In this document: positions 9,213-18,744 of the stretch, one piece after another
How positions within the stretch are numbered: position 1 is the first letter of the stretch
Layout: each line of letters starts with the position of its first letter
Source of the DNA: a virus
Lineage: Duplodnaviria > Caudoviricetes
Length of the DNA: 64,000 nt
IMG/VR virus record: IMGVR_UViG_3300032167_003270
Coordinates: 96,001 to 160,000 of that record
Reading direction: 5' to 3' (one strand)
Made by a program: the position numbers and the translations under genes
Notes under the pieces: model-generated
Databases searched by the model: none
Told to the model about the DNA's origin: nothing
What the model saw: only the letters and a program-made list of their open reading frames with translations

Positions 9213-10583
9213 ACCCATCGTGCTCATAATTTCAACAGGAATTAAAATATTTTCATCAATAACTACTTCATTATTTTCTACTTTCATTCTATAGTTAATA
9301 GCAATTTCTTTATTCTTATTAACCCATTCGGTCAATTTTGCCATATTTTCTTTAGAAAGTTTAGATAATACTGCTTTTTTATGTGCAATATCTTTATTTG
9401 TTGCATTTACATTTACACTCCAACCACAATTACAATAGTTAGGATATAATCTCTTTGAACTACAATATAATGCCTTTCTAAATAAATCATAATTAGGTGT
9501 ACTTGGTTTACCATTTATATTCCTATGATATTGGAAAATACTACAAGGGAAAATCGGTGTTTTATGTAAAGGACCAGTACCATCTAATTCAGCATCAAGA
9601 ATTGCATTTATCATCAATCTACCCTCTGTTAAAGTACAAGTACCAAAGTTAATTGAACTAAAAGGTAATTGTTGTCCACTTCTTGATTGTAATGAGTTTA
9701 AGTTGTGAATAAGCCCCTCTGCCCCTTGTTTAGCATCTCTAATAGTTAAATCTAACGCATATTCATAAGCAGGGTCGTCTTTATAATCGTCAATAGATAA
9801 TTCATAGCAATTATCTGGAATAACAAAAACGTCTTTACAAAGATATTTATGACCATCTCTTAAATGTTTAAAGAATGAATATCGTACATAAGGTACTAAA
9901 GTCCAATCAATATGTGTTGCTGCAACACCACCAAATTGTTGTAATGACTGAATTTGGATAATAACAGCAATTAACTGACAAGCAGTTTGAATTGATTTAG
10001 GTTGTCTAATATCTGTTTGTTTTGTAATAATTCCGTGTAATAATAATGGGTCAAACGGAATCGAGAGGCAATTATGCTGACCCGATGCGTAACTATCTAA
10101 ATCGTGAGTATAAGAAATATTGTTAATATGATTTAATCTTGCTGTTTTACTCATCATATTTAAAGCCTCATCTTTAAACAATACATTTGCTGCCTCTTTC
10201 ATTCTACCAGAGAATGAACGCTCGTCACAATTTGCATTAGAATTTTCAATATTCTTACCACTTAATTTCTTTTTAAATGCTTTAATCAATTCAGAATTAT
10301 AAACGTGTTCTTTTTGTCTATCATAATGATAAGTAATATAATGCCAAGCAGTATTTTTATAAGAAGACGACATAATTTTATTTTCAACTGCTGTAGCCAA
10401 ATCGTCTGCTTGAACAATAGACACATCTGCTAATACTAAATCGTCTTCAACAGATTGTGCAATTCTTTTAACCATAAATTCTGGAATTTCTTCATTTGCT
10501 TCTTTTGCAGCAAGTCGAATAGATTCTTCGATTTTGGACTTATCAAATTCTTGTAGTTTTTTATTATACTTTTTTACTTTCAT
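9213..10583 (-). CDS. nrdD: anaerobic ribonucleoside-triphosphate reductase, exon 1 (with ATP-cone)
   Basis: N-terminal ATP-cone (VKK..FDKSKI), NSNANCDE, HDLD, HNC, QFGG, HNLNSLQSRSGQQLPFSSINFG, PIFP, YPNY, ends STMG. Confidence 0.95.
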
Positions 10584-10588
10584 ATAAA

Positions 10589-10915
10589 TTACCTCACATT
10601 TTTCAAATAAATATCAATGTTTATATCGAAATCTTTATCTTTCAATATATCTGTAATTGTATAGTCTTTATAGTCCAATAACCAATTATATACAAAAAGT
10701 AATATATTAGTTATTGGACCTTTAATTTTCCAAATTGCGTCATCATTCTCATTAAAACTATTTTCAATATAGATGCCTAAATCATTAGTGTCATCCCAAT
10801 TACTTAAATGAGTTAATAATTCAGACGCTCTTGGGTAAACATCATCTCTAAATTCTACATCAGCAAATGTAACTTTTCGATTACCTATATACCAATTTCC
10901 TTGAATATACATCAT
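10589..10915 (-). CDS. hypothetical protein
   Basis: 108-aa ORF, AAGGAG RBS. Confidence 0.7.
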   Translation of the reverse strand: MMYIQGNWYIGNRKVTFADVEFRDDVYPRASELLTHLSNWDDTNDLGIYIENSFNENDDAIWKIKGPITNILLFVYNWLLDYKDYTITDILKDKDFDINIDIYLKNVR

Positions 10916-10959
10916 AATTTTTTACTCTCCTTTTTTAATTAAATAGAGTGTAGTTACAC

Positions 10960-12534
10960 TTACAAATAATCGTCAATATTATCTATTGGCATTGATAAAT
11001 CAATTTCTTCAATAGGTTTTACATAATTATCAACAATTTCTTCTGTATAATTAGATTTTGGTGGTTGTTTATCTGTTATTAGATAATTTTCCTTTTCTCT
11101 AATTTTAAGAACCTTTGTATAAGGTATCATACGAAATACTTCTTGATTACCCCTTTTAGAAATAAGAGAATATTTACTAATAAATAATGCAGTAGGTTTT
11201 CTTCCTTTATAAGGCTTTCTCAAACTCATAATATCGTATGATTTATCAAATTTTTGAACACCTGCTAATAATTCGGCAGTTTTTTGTGTTGCCCCTGCGT
11301 GAATTATATAATTATTTATAGTACCTAAAATTGCTTGTACAAAATGTTCTCCTGCGTTCATTGAGATTTGGTTTACATCTAATATAGAAAATACAGTTTG
11401 TACTCCACCACTTCTACCTTTTTCAAGTAAATCTTTAATTAAAGTAGAAGATTCCAATGTACCAAATTCATCTACACATAATAACAATTTATTTGGATAA
11501 TGATTTCTTGTACCTCTATCCATTAAATCTGTATATACAAAAGAACTTAATGAATTTGCTAATGCTTTATTTGCACTTGTAAAACTAAAACATACTACAT
11601 ATGGATAGTCTTCTTCAAATGTAAAATCTGGGTCATCTCCAAATAATTCTTGTGCCTTTGAAGATATAATAATTTCTAATGATTTAATTAAATTATTAAA
11701 ACCATCTCTTTCATTTGATTGTGGATGATATGATTTCGCATATTCATATAATCCAACAATATAATTTTTGGTTTCATTTTGTTCAAATCTATAATTATCA
11801 TAAGCACGAACTAAATTTTGTATTGCTAATTGCATAGATGTTTTATAATGTTCATCAGCACCATCAGTTGACCATCTTCTAGTATTCATTAAAGCCTCAA
11901 CTTTACCTGTTTCATTTAAATTAACAAATGGGTCATAAGTAAAAGTACACTTTCTAGCACTAAATTCATAATATCTTATACCTGCATTTTGTGCATAAGA
12001 TTTAATGTCATCTAATATGTCTTCTTCTCCCTTATAATCAAAAAATACTACTGGTTTTCTTTCATCAATTCTTTGTTTTAGAATTGTTTTCATAGTAGTT
12101 GATTTACCAGAACCCGTAGAACCAGTTATCAAAGTCGCACCTGATAATATAACATCATCTAATTCAATTAGTTTCATATTATGTTTAATTTCTTTATGAT
12201 TTACAGGTAATATTCTTCCCATAACTAATTTTTTAGGTCGTTGTAACATATTAAATACAGCACTTATACTAAATATTCTACCAGAATAGTCAAAATCAGC
12301 ACTTTCTTCATCAATATGATTTTGATACTTAATAAATAATAGAAATGCTAATAATAATACTGAATAAACTATTGTTATCCAACCAAAGAATTTAATTACA
12401 ATAAGACTTACAAATATTTGGTCACATAACAATACAGGAATTGTTTTCTTTTTACATAAAATCAAATTTTCCAAAGTAATGACTATCAATATTGCCAATC
12501 CTATAAAAGATTGAATTAACATTGTTTTAATCAT
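10960..12534 (-). CDS. type IV coupling protein (VirD4/TraD-like ATPase)
   Basis: N-terminal TM helices, Walker A GSTGSGKS, FFDYKG, YDPF, Walker B LLCVDEFG, KGRSGG. Confidence 0.85.
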   Translation of the reverse strand: MIKTMLIQSFIGLAILIVITLENLILCKKKTIPVLLCDQIFVSLIVIKFFGWITIVYSVLLLAFLLFIKYQNHIDEESADFDYSGRIFSISAVFNMLQRPKKLVMGRILPVNHKEIKHNMKLIELDDVILSGATLITGSTGSGKSTTMKTILKQRIDERKPVVFFDYKGEEDILDDIKSYAQNAGIRYYEFSARKCTFTYDPFVNLNETGKVEALMNTRRWSTDGADEHYKTSMQLAIQNLVRAYDNYRFEQNETKNYIVGLYEYAKSYHPQSNERDGFNNLIKSLEIIISSKAQELFGDDPDFTFEEDYPYVVCFSFTSANKALANSLSSFVYTDLMDRGTRNHYPNKLLLCVDEFGTLESSTLIKDLLEKGRSGGVQTVFSILDVNQISMNAGEHFVQAILGTINNYIIHAGATQKTAELLAGVQKFDKSYDIMSLRKPYKGRKPTALFISKYSLISKRGNQEVFRMIPYTKVLKIREKENYLITDKQPPKSNYTEEIVDNYVKPIEEIDLSMPIDNIDDYL

Positions 12535-12986
12535 TCATTTTGTACCTCATCATTCTGATTCTCATTACCTACAGGTTCATCATTTGTGTTATCACTAACA
12601 CTTTCTTCTTCATTAGAAGTTTCTTCTCCATTTGAAGTTTCTCCATTATCTTCTGGGGCATCAACAATAGGTTCTCCATTCTCACCAGTAGGGTCCCAGT
12701 AAATACCATCTTCATTAGTGATGATACTACCACCCTCAAACCAATTTGAAATAGATTCTCCTACATTTTTTGACCAAGAAAAAACAAAATGTATAATTTT
12801 TCTTTGACTAACTCCACCCAAAAGAACAAATAAAATTACTAAAATAGCAATAATTGTACCAATAGCTTTCCAAGTGTCTTCAAAATTATTTCTTGTTTGT
12901 GCCATTTCATTTCTATGTTTTACACTTTGCCACGCTTTAGGTAAAGTTACACTTGTTTTTTCTTTCTTTTTCTTTTCTTTTGCCAT
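12531..12986 (-). CDS. hypothetical single-pass membrane protein, acidic C-terminus
   Basis: TM segment AIGTIIAILVILFVLLG; stop overlaps start of coupling protein. Confidence 0.75.
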   Translation of the reverse strand: MAKEKKKKEKTSVTLPKAWQSVKHRNEMAQTRNNFEDTWKAIGTIIAILVILFVLLGGVSQRKIIHFVFSWSKNVGESISNWFEGGSIITNEDGIYWDPTGENGEPIVDAPEDNGETSNGEETSNEEESVSDNTNDEPVGNENQNDEVQNE

Positions 12987-13007
12987 TTAAAATTCCCCCT
13001 TTCTTAT

Positions 13008-13484
13008 TTAGTATTTTACAAATAAAACTTTTGCAATAATGTGGTCGTCAGTAAACTCTCCATAAAATCTTGAGTCTAGTGAATGATTTCTATTATCTCC
13101 CAAACAATAATATCCGTGCTCACTTATAGTAGCACTAAAATCTTCTGTTGGACCAAAATTATAATCATCAACAATTCTTTGACCGTCAATATATAAATTA
13201 TTTTCTTTGTATTCAATAGTTTCACCAGGTAAACCAATAACTCTCTTAATTAAACATTTTTTATCTGTATAAACAATTACCACATCAAATCTTTCTAAAT
13301 CTTCTGTGTCTTTTTTATCAGCAATTAAAACTTGTTTTCCGTTATAAGTAGGATTCATTGAATTACCTGCAACTAATACAAAGGTATATTTCAAATTAAA
13401 AATAAAAGTTACCACTAATAAAATACATAATACAATAATATACCATCTTTTATATAATGGTTTTTTGTTTGTTTTATCACTCAT
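13008..13484 (-). CDS. lepB: signal peptidase I (S26)
   Basis: GNSMNPT catalytic Ser, IKRVIGLPGE catalytic Lys, GDNRNHSLDSR. Confidence 0.93.
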   Translation of the reverse strand: MSDKTNKKPLYKRWYIIVLCILLVVTFIFNLKYTFVLVAGNSMNPTYNGKQVLIADKKDTEDLERFDVVIVYTDKKCLIKRVIGLPGETIEYKENNLYIDGQRIVDDYNFGPTEDFSATISEHGYYCLGDNRNHSLDSRFYGEFTDDHIIAKVLFVKY

Positions 13485-13489
13485 ATTGT

Positions 13490-14590
13490 TTAAATTCCTT
13501 CCTTTTTAGTATTATCTACTGTTAATTTTACAATTTGTTTTGTTGCTATTTCATCTTGCTTTACATCATATATTTTTTGTGCTGGTGCTACATAAGGTAC
13601 AATAAATAATCTACAAGTACCTAAACCACCTATATTTATATATGATTTTCTTACTAAATTAGCAATTCCATTAGTAGCACATAAATAAAATAAACAACCA
13701 AAAGTTAAATTATTTCGATAATTATACATAATATCATCATATTTTTCTTTCGTTTTTGCTGTTAATTCTAATTCAATAGAACAACTTTGTGGGTTTCCAT
13801 TCACTCTAGGAATAGGAATAACTAAATCTGGTCTTTGTGTTACAATTTTATCATCCTTATTATAAGTAATAATAGGAAATAAACTATAATCTTTAAATTC
13901 TTCTGACCAAGCATTACTACTATTAATAGAACTTTTTAATTTATCTAAACTATTCTCTAATGCTGTTTTATCAAATACATTTACACCAAATTCTGTTTCT
14001 GGAATAATAATTGTTCCTTGTTCTCCTGGTGCTTTGATATGTAATGGATGATAACAAGGTAATAATTTAATCCCTGCCATTTGCATAGCCATCCATAGTT
14101 CAGATTTTGGATTACCCATCATAATATCAAACATTGCTTGTTCTTCGGCACAAGTATGATTTATAAGGTTGAAATTTATATCAACCCAACTCTTTTTTCT
14201 TTCTTCTTTTGCTTTATCTGGTTCATCTATCATTAAATCTAATAAATATTTAGTTGGTCTTATAAATACCCCTAAAGCAGTTGTTTCTGCCCATACTAAA
14301 CCAACTTTTATCCATTTGGACGCATATAGAAAACCATCTTTATTATAATCTTCAAACCATTGTTGAATTAACCATAATGGAATCCATTTATATGTAGATA
14401 AAATATATAATACCACTTCGTCTAATTTATATAAATCTACGGACTCATCTATAGTTTTTACTTCTAAATGGTCTTCATATAATGTTGTATGTGGACTTAC
14501 TTTTGGATAACGATAAAAGGTATTTTTAACTACTTCTTGGTCTTGTAGGGCTAATAAATCTAATGAACTACTATGATTTTCGTGATTCAT
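13490..14590 (-). CDS. putative replication-relaxation family protein (PD-(D/E)XK fold)
   Basis: N-terminal wHTH-like part, HT motif, RPDLVI...SIELELTAK; near coupling protein. Confidence 0.55.
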   Translation of the reverse strand: MNHENHSSSLDLLALQDQEVVKNTFYRYPKVSPHTTLYEDHLEVKTIDESVDLYKLDEVVLYILSTYKWIPLWLIQQWFEDYNKDGFLYASKWIKVGLVWAETTALGVFIRPTKYLLDLMIDEPDKAKEERKKSWVDINFNLINHTCAEEQAMFDIMMGNPKSELWMAMQMAGIKLLPCYHPLHIKAPGEQGTIIIPETEFGVNVFDKTALENSLDKLKSSINSSNAWSEEFKDYSLFPIITYNKDDKIVTQRPDLVIPIPRVNGNPQSCSIELELTAKTKEKYDDIMYNYRNNLTFGCLFYLCATNGIANLVRKSYINIGGLGTCRLFIVPYVAPAQKIYDVKQDEIATKQIVKLTVDNTKKEGI

Positions 14591-15122
14591 TAACTTCTAC
14601 TCTTTCATATTTATATCTCTTACCGTCAATTACAACTTCATTACTCATTGCAAAAGCACAATAAGGAATTGCTGGTATTGAAAACCATAATAATATCCAC
14701 CAAGCAGACCTTTTATGTATCTTTGTAAATTCCCACATCATCATACACCATACAATAAGTGTTACCAAACCTAATGCAATTAACAAATATTTTGACCATA
14801 TAGCAATATTTGCAATAGTATCTGGTACGGATAAATAAATTTTACTATCCATTTCTACATTTGTTGGAATTATTACTTGTGAACTGTATTCTTGTAAAAT
14901 CCACATTTCAAATACAAAACAAGCAAATAAGTAGATTGTAGAAAATGGGTGTAATATCGCATTTATTTTTCCTAATTTCTCTTTGTTACTGATTTTCCCT
15001 AGTAAATATTTATTATAACCAGGTACTAATCCTTTCCACCATTTTATATCGTGCTTTTTAAGTAATATACATCTAGCAATTATACTGATTAAAATACACA
15101 ATATAATAAAATCCATTGACAT
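14571..15122 (-). CDS. membrane protein (DUF5684-like)
   Basis: KWWKGLVPGYNKYLL motif plus TM helices; RBS before ATG at 15122. Confidence 0.6.
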   Translation of the reverse strand: MSMDFIILCILISIIARCILLKKHDIKWWKGLVPGYNKYLLGKISNKEKLGKINAILHPFSTIYLFACFVFEMWILQEYSSQVIIPTNVEMDSKIYLSVPDTIANIAIWSKYLLIALGLVTLIVWCMMMWEFTKIHKRSAWWILLWFSIPAIPYCAFAMSNEVVIDGKRYKYERVEVNESRKS

Positions 15123-15169
15123 AATTTCCATCCTTTCTAACAAAAATTATTTTTGTTATTATTATTGTA

Positions 15170-15190
15170 TAATTAAATAGTCCTTAATTT
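15170..15190 (-). promoter_or_regulatory. recurrent 21-bp motif AAATWAAG-NN-CTATTTAATTA
   Basis: near-identical copies at 26440, 38558, 43161, 56901. Confidence 0.65.
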
Positions 15191-15855
15191 TTTACTCTTA
15201 AATTCTCTTTTCTAGTTGGTCTTGCAGCAATATGATTAAATTTTGGTTGATATGTTTCAATCATTGTCTGTTCTGCGTATGTAAGTAATTCATTAAATTC
15301 AAATTCATCTTCTATATAAGGTATAGAAAATAATTTTTTGAAAGTTAAATCGTTTAATTTATAACTACTAGCCATTTCATAGTATTTATATTCTACTTTA
15401 TGTTTCATTTTACTAATAGAAATTTTCTTTTTCCAAGCACGAGTACCATTTATATGATGCTGTGCTACTTTAAAATTTTCTCTGTGTTGATTTATTCTAT
15501 TAGAAATATTTACACTCTGTCCTACATATAGACAAGTGTTTTTATGAAATATTCCATAGATACCTGCTTTTTGTGATATTCTTTGTTGAAATTGTTTTTG
15601 ATAGGATTTATCAAAGTTTGTGAGCCTATCTAAATAAGGATATAAAAAATGTGTTTTAGTAATCTTCTTACCAAATCTATCTTTTTTATTCTTTATTAAA
15701 TACATAGGCTCTTTTAATTGTTTACATTTTAAACATTGTCTATTAACAAAATTTGTGACACCGTGTAGTTTGCAAGTATCTTTATACTTTTTCTCTCTAT
15801 GTTCATAACAAACTACATAAGTGCCACAATCTTTTCCACATATTTTACATTTCAT
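15184..15855 (-). CDS. GIY-YIG nuclease with N-terminal Cys-rich region
   Basis: AGIYGI...LYVGQSVNISNRINQH, conserved Glu (YAEQ), C-terminal FN. Confidence 0.85.
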   Translation of the reverse strand: MKCKICGKDCGTYVVCYEHREKKYKDTCKLHGVTNFVNRQCLKCKQLKEPMYLIKNKKDRFGKKITKTHFLYPYLDRLTNFDKSYQKQFQQRISQKAGIYGIFHKNTCLYVGQSVNISNRINQHRENFKVAQHHINGTRAWKKKISISKMKHKVEYKYYEMASSYKLNDLTFKKLFSIPYIEDEFEFNELLTYAEQTMIETYQPKFNHIAARPTRKENLRVKN

Positions 15856-16048
15856 TTAGTTTTACCACACTATTATATACTTGAGGTAAATACTCATACA
15901 TCATTCCAAAACAATTACAAACTTGTACTCCTGTCTTATTTCTTAATATATCACAAAATGAAATAATTTCTTCAACATCGGTAGTTATACTATTGAAATT
16001 TTCATCAAATAGTTGGTTTTTCTTTGCAATTATATCCATTTTTTGCAT
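15845..16048 (-). CDS. hypothetical protein
   Basis: 67-aa ORF with RBS. Confidence 0.55.
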   Translation of the reverse strand: MQKMDIIAKKNQLFDENFNSITTDVEEIISFCDILRNKTGVQVCNCFGMMYEYLPQVYNSVVKLNEM

Positions 16049-16067
16049 AATTCCCTTCTAGTAATTT

Positions 16068-16832
16068 TTATTCTGTTACATATAAATAACAAGTAGATGC
16101 TACACTACCGTCTGACCAATACCAAGTGTATGTATATGTGCCTGGACCTGTTGGTTGTCCACTTGTATATTTTAATGTCGCTGTATCATTTCCTGTACAA
16201 GAAACACCTGAATATAACTCCATTAAAACAGTTTGTGTATTCCAACTTGTATCTGCCCAACTTTTTGTTATATTATGTACTCCACTTATTGTATTTCCTT
16301 GTGGTATTTCTTGTTCAGTAGTTGTAGGAGTTTCTTCTACAATCGGTTCTTCCTTTGGTTGAGTGGGTGTTTCTGTTGTGGGTTGAGTAGGTTGAGTTGT
16401 TTCTTGTGGTGTTTGTATCGGTGTTTCTGAAATTTCTTCGGTTGTTACATCTTCTGAAATTTCTTCTGACGTTTCTTCAATAACTTCTGTTGTAATTTCT
16501 TCAACATCATTTACAATAACTTTACAAACAACTCTATTTCCCTTATTATCTTCCCAATATGCTTCATACTCACCTGGATTTAAGATATTCACATTAGATA
16601 CATTTAATGAATATCCTGAATAAGATACACCCTCAATCAGTTTATTAAACATATCTTGAGGGTCTGTATCTTCATCAATAGTAATATCGTGAACCCCGTC
16701 AATAAAAGTTTCTTCTTCTACAATAGAGGTATCTTCTACTTTTTGTTCTTCGATATTTTCTTTATTAGAACAACCGATTAGACATAAACTTAAAATACAT
16801 ATAATAAAACTTAATTTAATATATCTAATCAT
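16068..16832 (-). CDS. lipoprotein with Ig-like domains and E/T/P linker
   Basis: probable start MIRYIK at 16832 (AAAGGA RBS); lipobox LIGC; C-terminal domain shared with 16849..17886. Confidence 0.75.
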   Translation of the reverse strand: MIRYIKLSFIICILSLCLIGCSNKENIEEQKVEDTSIVEEETFIDGVHDITIDEDTDPQDMFNKLIEGVSYSGYSLNVSNVNILNPGEYEAYWEDNKGNRVVCKVIVNDVEEITTEVIEETSEEISEDVTTEEISETPIQTPQETTQPTQPTTETPTQPKEEPIVEETPTTTEQEIPQGNTISGVHNITKSWADTSWNTQTVLMELYSGVSCTGNDTATLKYTSGQPTGPGTYTYTWYWSDGSVASTCYLYVTE

Positions 16833-16848
16833 TTTAATTTCCTTTCTT

Positions 16849-17886
16849 TTAATCGGTAACAATGATATAACAAGTTGCTGCTGTAGAACCATCAGATGTA
16901 TATACCCAAGTAAATGTATATGTACCAGGTCCAGCAATTTGTTGACCCATACCATTTAATTGAACACTATCTCCTGTACAAGATACTCCACTTGTTAATT
17001 CAGCAAAAGCACTTGCTAATGTCCAACTTTGGTCAGCCCAACTCTTTGTTACATTATGAACACCTGAAATTGACCTACCTTGTTGTTGTGGTTGCTGTGT
17101 TGTAGGTTGTTGTGTTGTTGGCTGTTCGGTTGCAGGAGGGGGATTTGTGGGTTGTTGTGGGGTATTATTTCCACCATTATTACCATTATTTCCACCACCA
17201 TTATTATTATTGTTATTATTTTGTTCTTCTTGTTTTTCTTGTTCAAATTCTAATTCTTCTTGATTTTCAAAGATAGCAAGATTTAAAGTTTTAGTACCAA
17301 CATTATCATTTTCGTCTGTTGCAGTAAATACAATTTGAACAGTATCTTTAGAAAAATCAATATCAGTTGTATAATCAACTTTTATATTATCTTCATCAGA
17401 ATAATTATCTGTTATTTTCTTAATATATTTACTAGGATTGAAATTATCAGTATCTTTACCACGAACTAATAAATCCATATCTTTAATCAATTCTATTTCT
17501 GGTGCTGTTGTATCAACAACATTAACAATCAATTCTACTGAATTACTTCTCATTTTATTTTTTGAGTTGTAAGTCACTCTATAAGTATTTAATTTTGATG
17601 TATCAATATCAGAACCAATAATCTCATAAGTATATCCCTCGGTACTATTTGCAATATATTCTTCTGGATTAAAGTCTGAATTAATTTCTAATTCAATTTC
17701 TTTATCTGTCAGAATAATGGAAGGATTAGCGATATAATCATAAATATAGGCTCTGAAATAGATAGCAAGTCCCCCTAATATAACTAAACCAATAATAAGT
17801 AATATAAGGAGAATTTTTGATGTTTTACTAATATGGACTTCGCCAATCGTTATGTCAGCATCACCCGCATAATTCCACTCTATCAT
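16849..17886 (-). CDS. membrane-anchored protein with DUF5011-like Ig domains
   Basis: TM anchor; IDTSKLNTYRVTY, VVDTTAPEI, TATDENDN; N/G and Q/P/T linkers. Confidence 0.8.
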   Translation of the reverse strand: MIEWNYAGDADITIGEVHISKTSKILLILLIIGLVILGGLAIYFRAYIYDYIANPSIILTDKEIELEINSDFNPEEYIANSTEGYTYEIIGSDIDTSKLNTYRVTYNSKNKMRSNSVELIVNVVDTTAPEIELIKDMDLLVRGKDTDNFNPSKYIKKITDNYSDEDNIKVDYTTDIDFSKDTVQIVFTATDENDNVGTKTLNLAIFENQEELEFEQEKQEEQNNNNNNNGGGNNGNNGGNNTPQQPTNPPPATEQPTTQQPTTQQPQQQGRSISGVHNVTKSWADQSWTLASAFAELTSGVSCTGDSVQLNGMGQQIAGPGTYTFTWVYTSDGSTAATCYIIVTD

Positions 17887-18728
17887 AAATTACCTCCTAG
17901 AAAAATAAATGCTATTAAACCAATATCTACTATTAAGATAATAATATCTATAATAGTATTTACTAATCCCCCTGTTTGACAAGTAATTATAAAATTACAT
18001 CTGTACCACATTTTTCTCTTTATTGGAATAGGGAAAAATAATGGACATCCACTATCAGCAAAAAAATCTTCAATTATATGGAATAAATAGCCTAGTCCTA
18101 CACATATTCCTAATATTCTTAAATGTGTTATATCTATAACAAATATATAAATTAACACTAATACAGGAATTATGTAACTTAATGCTTTCGGTAATTTAAA
18201 CCATTTAATAAGTCTATATAAAATCATATCACTACCACATAATACTGCCATAAAAACTACTATTATTAAAAATAATAATATGGTATGCTTTTGTAGAAAT
18301 ATAGAAATTGATTCCGATTTAATACAACTTAATATCGTTTCATCTCCATTTTCTATTCCAAATATAAATAGACTTAATATAATTCCACTTGCTAATAATG
18401 TATGCCAAAAATACCTATGTGGTGTCATAGGGTGTCTATCCCCTTTTCCGTGAAAAAGTGTCCAAACAATAGAACTAATTGATTGCATAAAGATAGTGCA
18501 TATACTACCCATAAAACCTAATGTGCTACCAGCACTAGATTGACTATTATCTAGGTCAGGTAGTAATGCACCACCTACAATTACAATAAGTCCTACTATA
18601 AAAAATAATACATTCTCTTTTAATAGCCATATTGTTTCTTTGAAGAAATTTATAGGAATTAACATACAGATGCACATAAGCATAATACTTAATAATGCGT
18701 GTGTTTTACCCATAAATCCTTTAATCAT
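17883..18728 (-). CDS. membrane-bound metal-dependent hydrolase (YdjM-like)
   Basis: MGKTH, LLPDLD, HRYFWHT, HIIED..SGCPLFFP; start MIKGF at 18728. Confidence 0.85.
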   Translation of the reverse strand: MIKGFMGKTHALLSIMLMCICMLIPINFFKETIWLLKENVLFFIVGLIVIVGGALLPDLDNSQSSAGSTLGFMGSICTIFMQSISSIVWTLFHGKGDRHPMTPHRYFWHTLLASGIILSLFIFGIENGDETILSCIKSESISIFLQKHTILLFLIIVVFMAVLCGSDMILYRLIKWFKLPKALSYIIPVLVLIYIFVIDITHLRILGICVGLGYLFHIIEDFFADSGCPLFFPIPIKRKMWYRCNFIITCQTGGLVNTIIDIIILIVDIGLIAFIFLGGNL

Positions 18729-18744
18729 TGTCTTAATTTCCTTT

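Noticed and set aside
7220-10583. nrdD as pseudogene or intein-split gene
   Set aside because: Group I intron signatures restore an in-frame gene; the endonuclease is a separate ORF with its own RBS.
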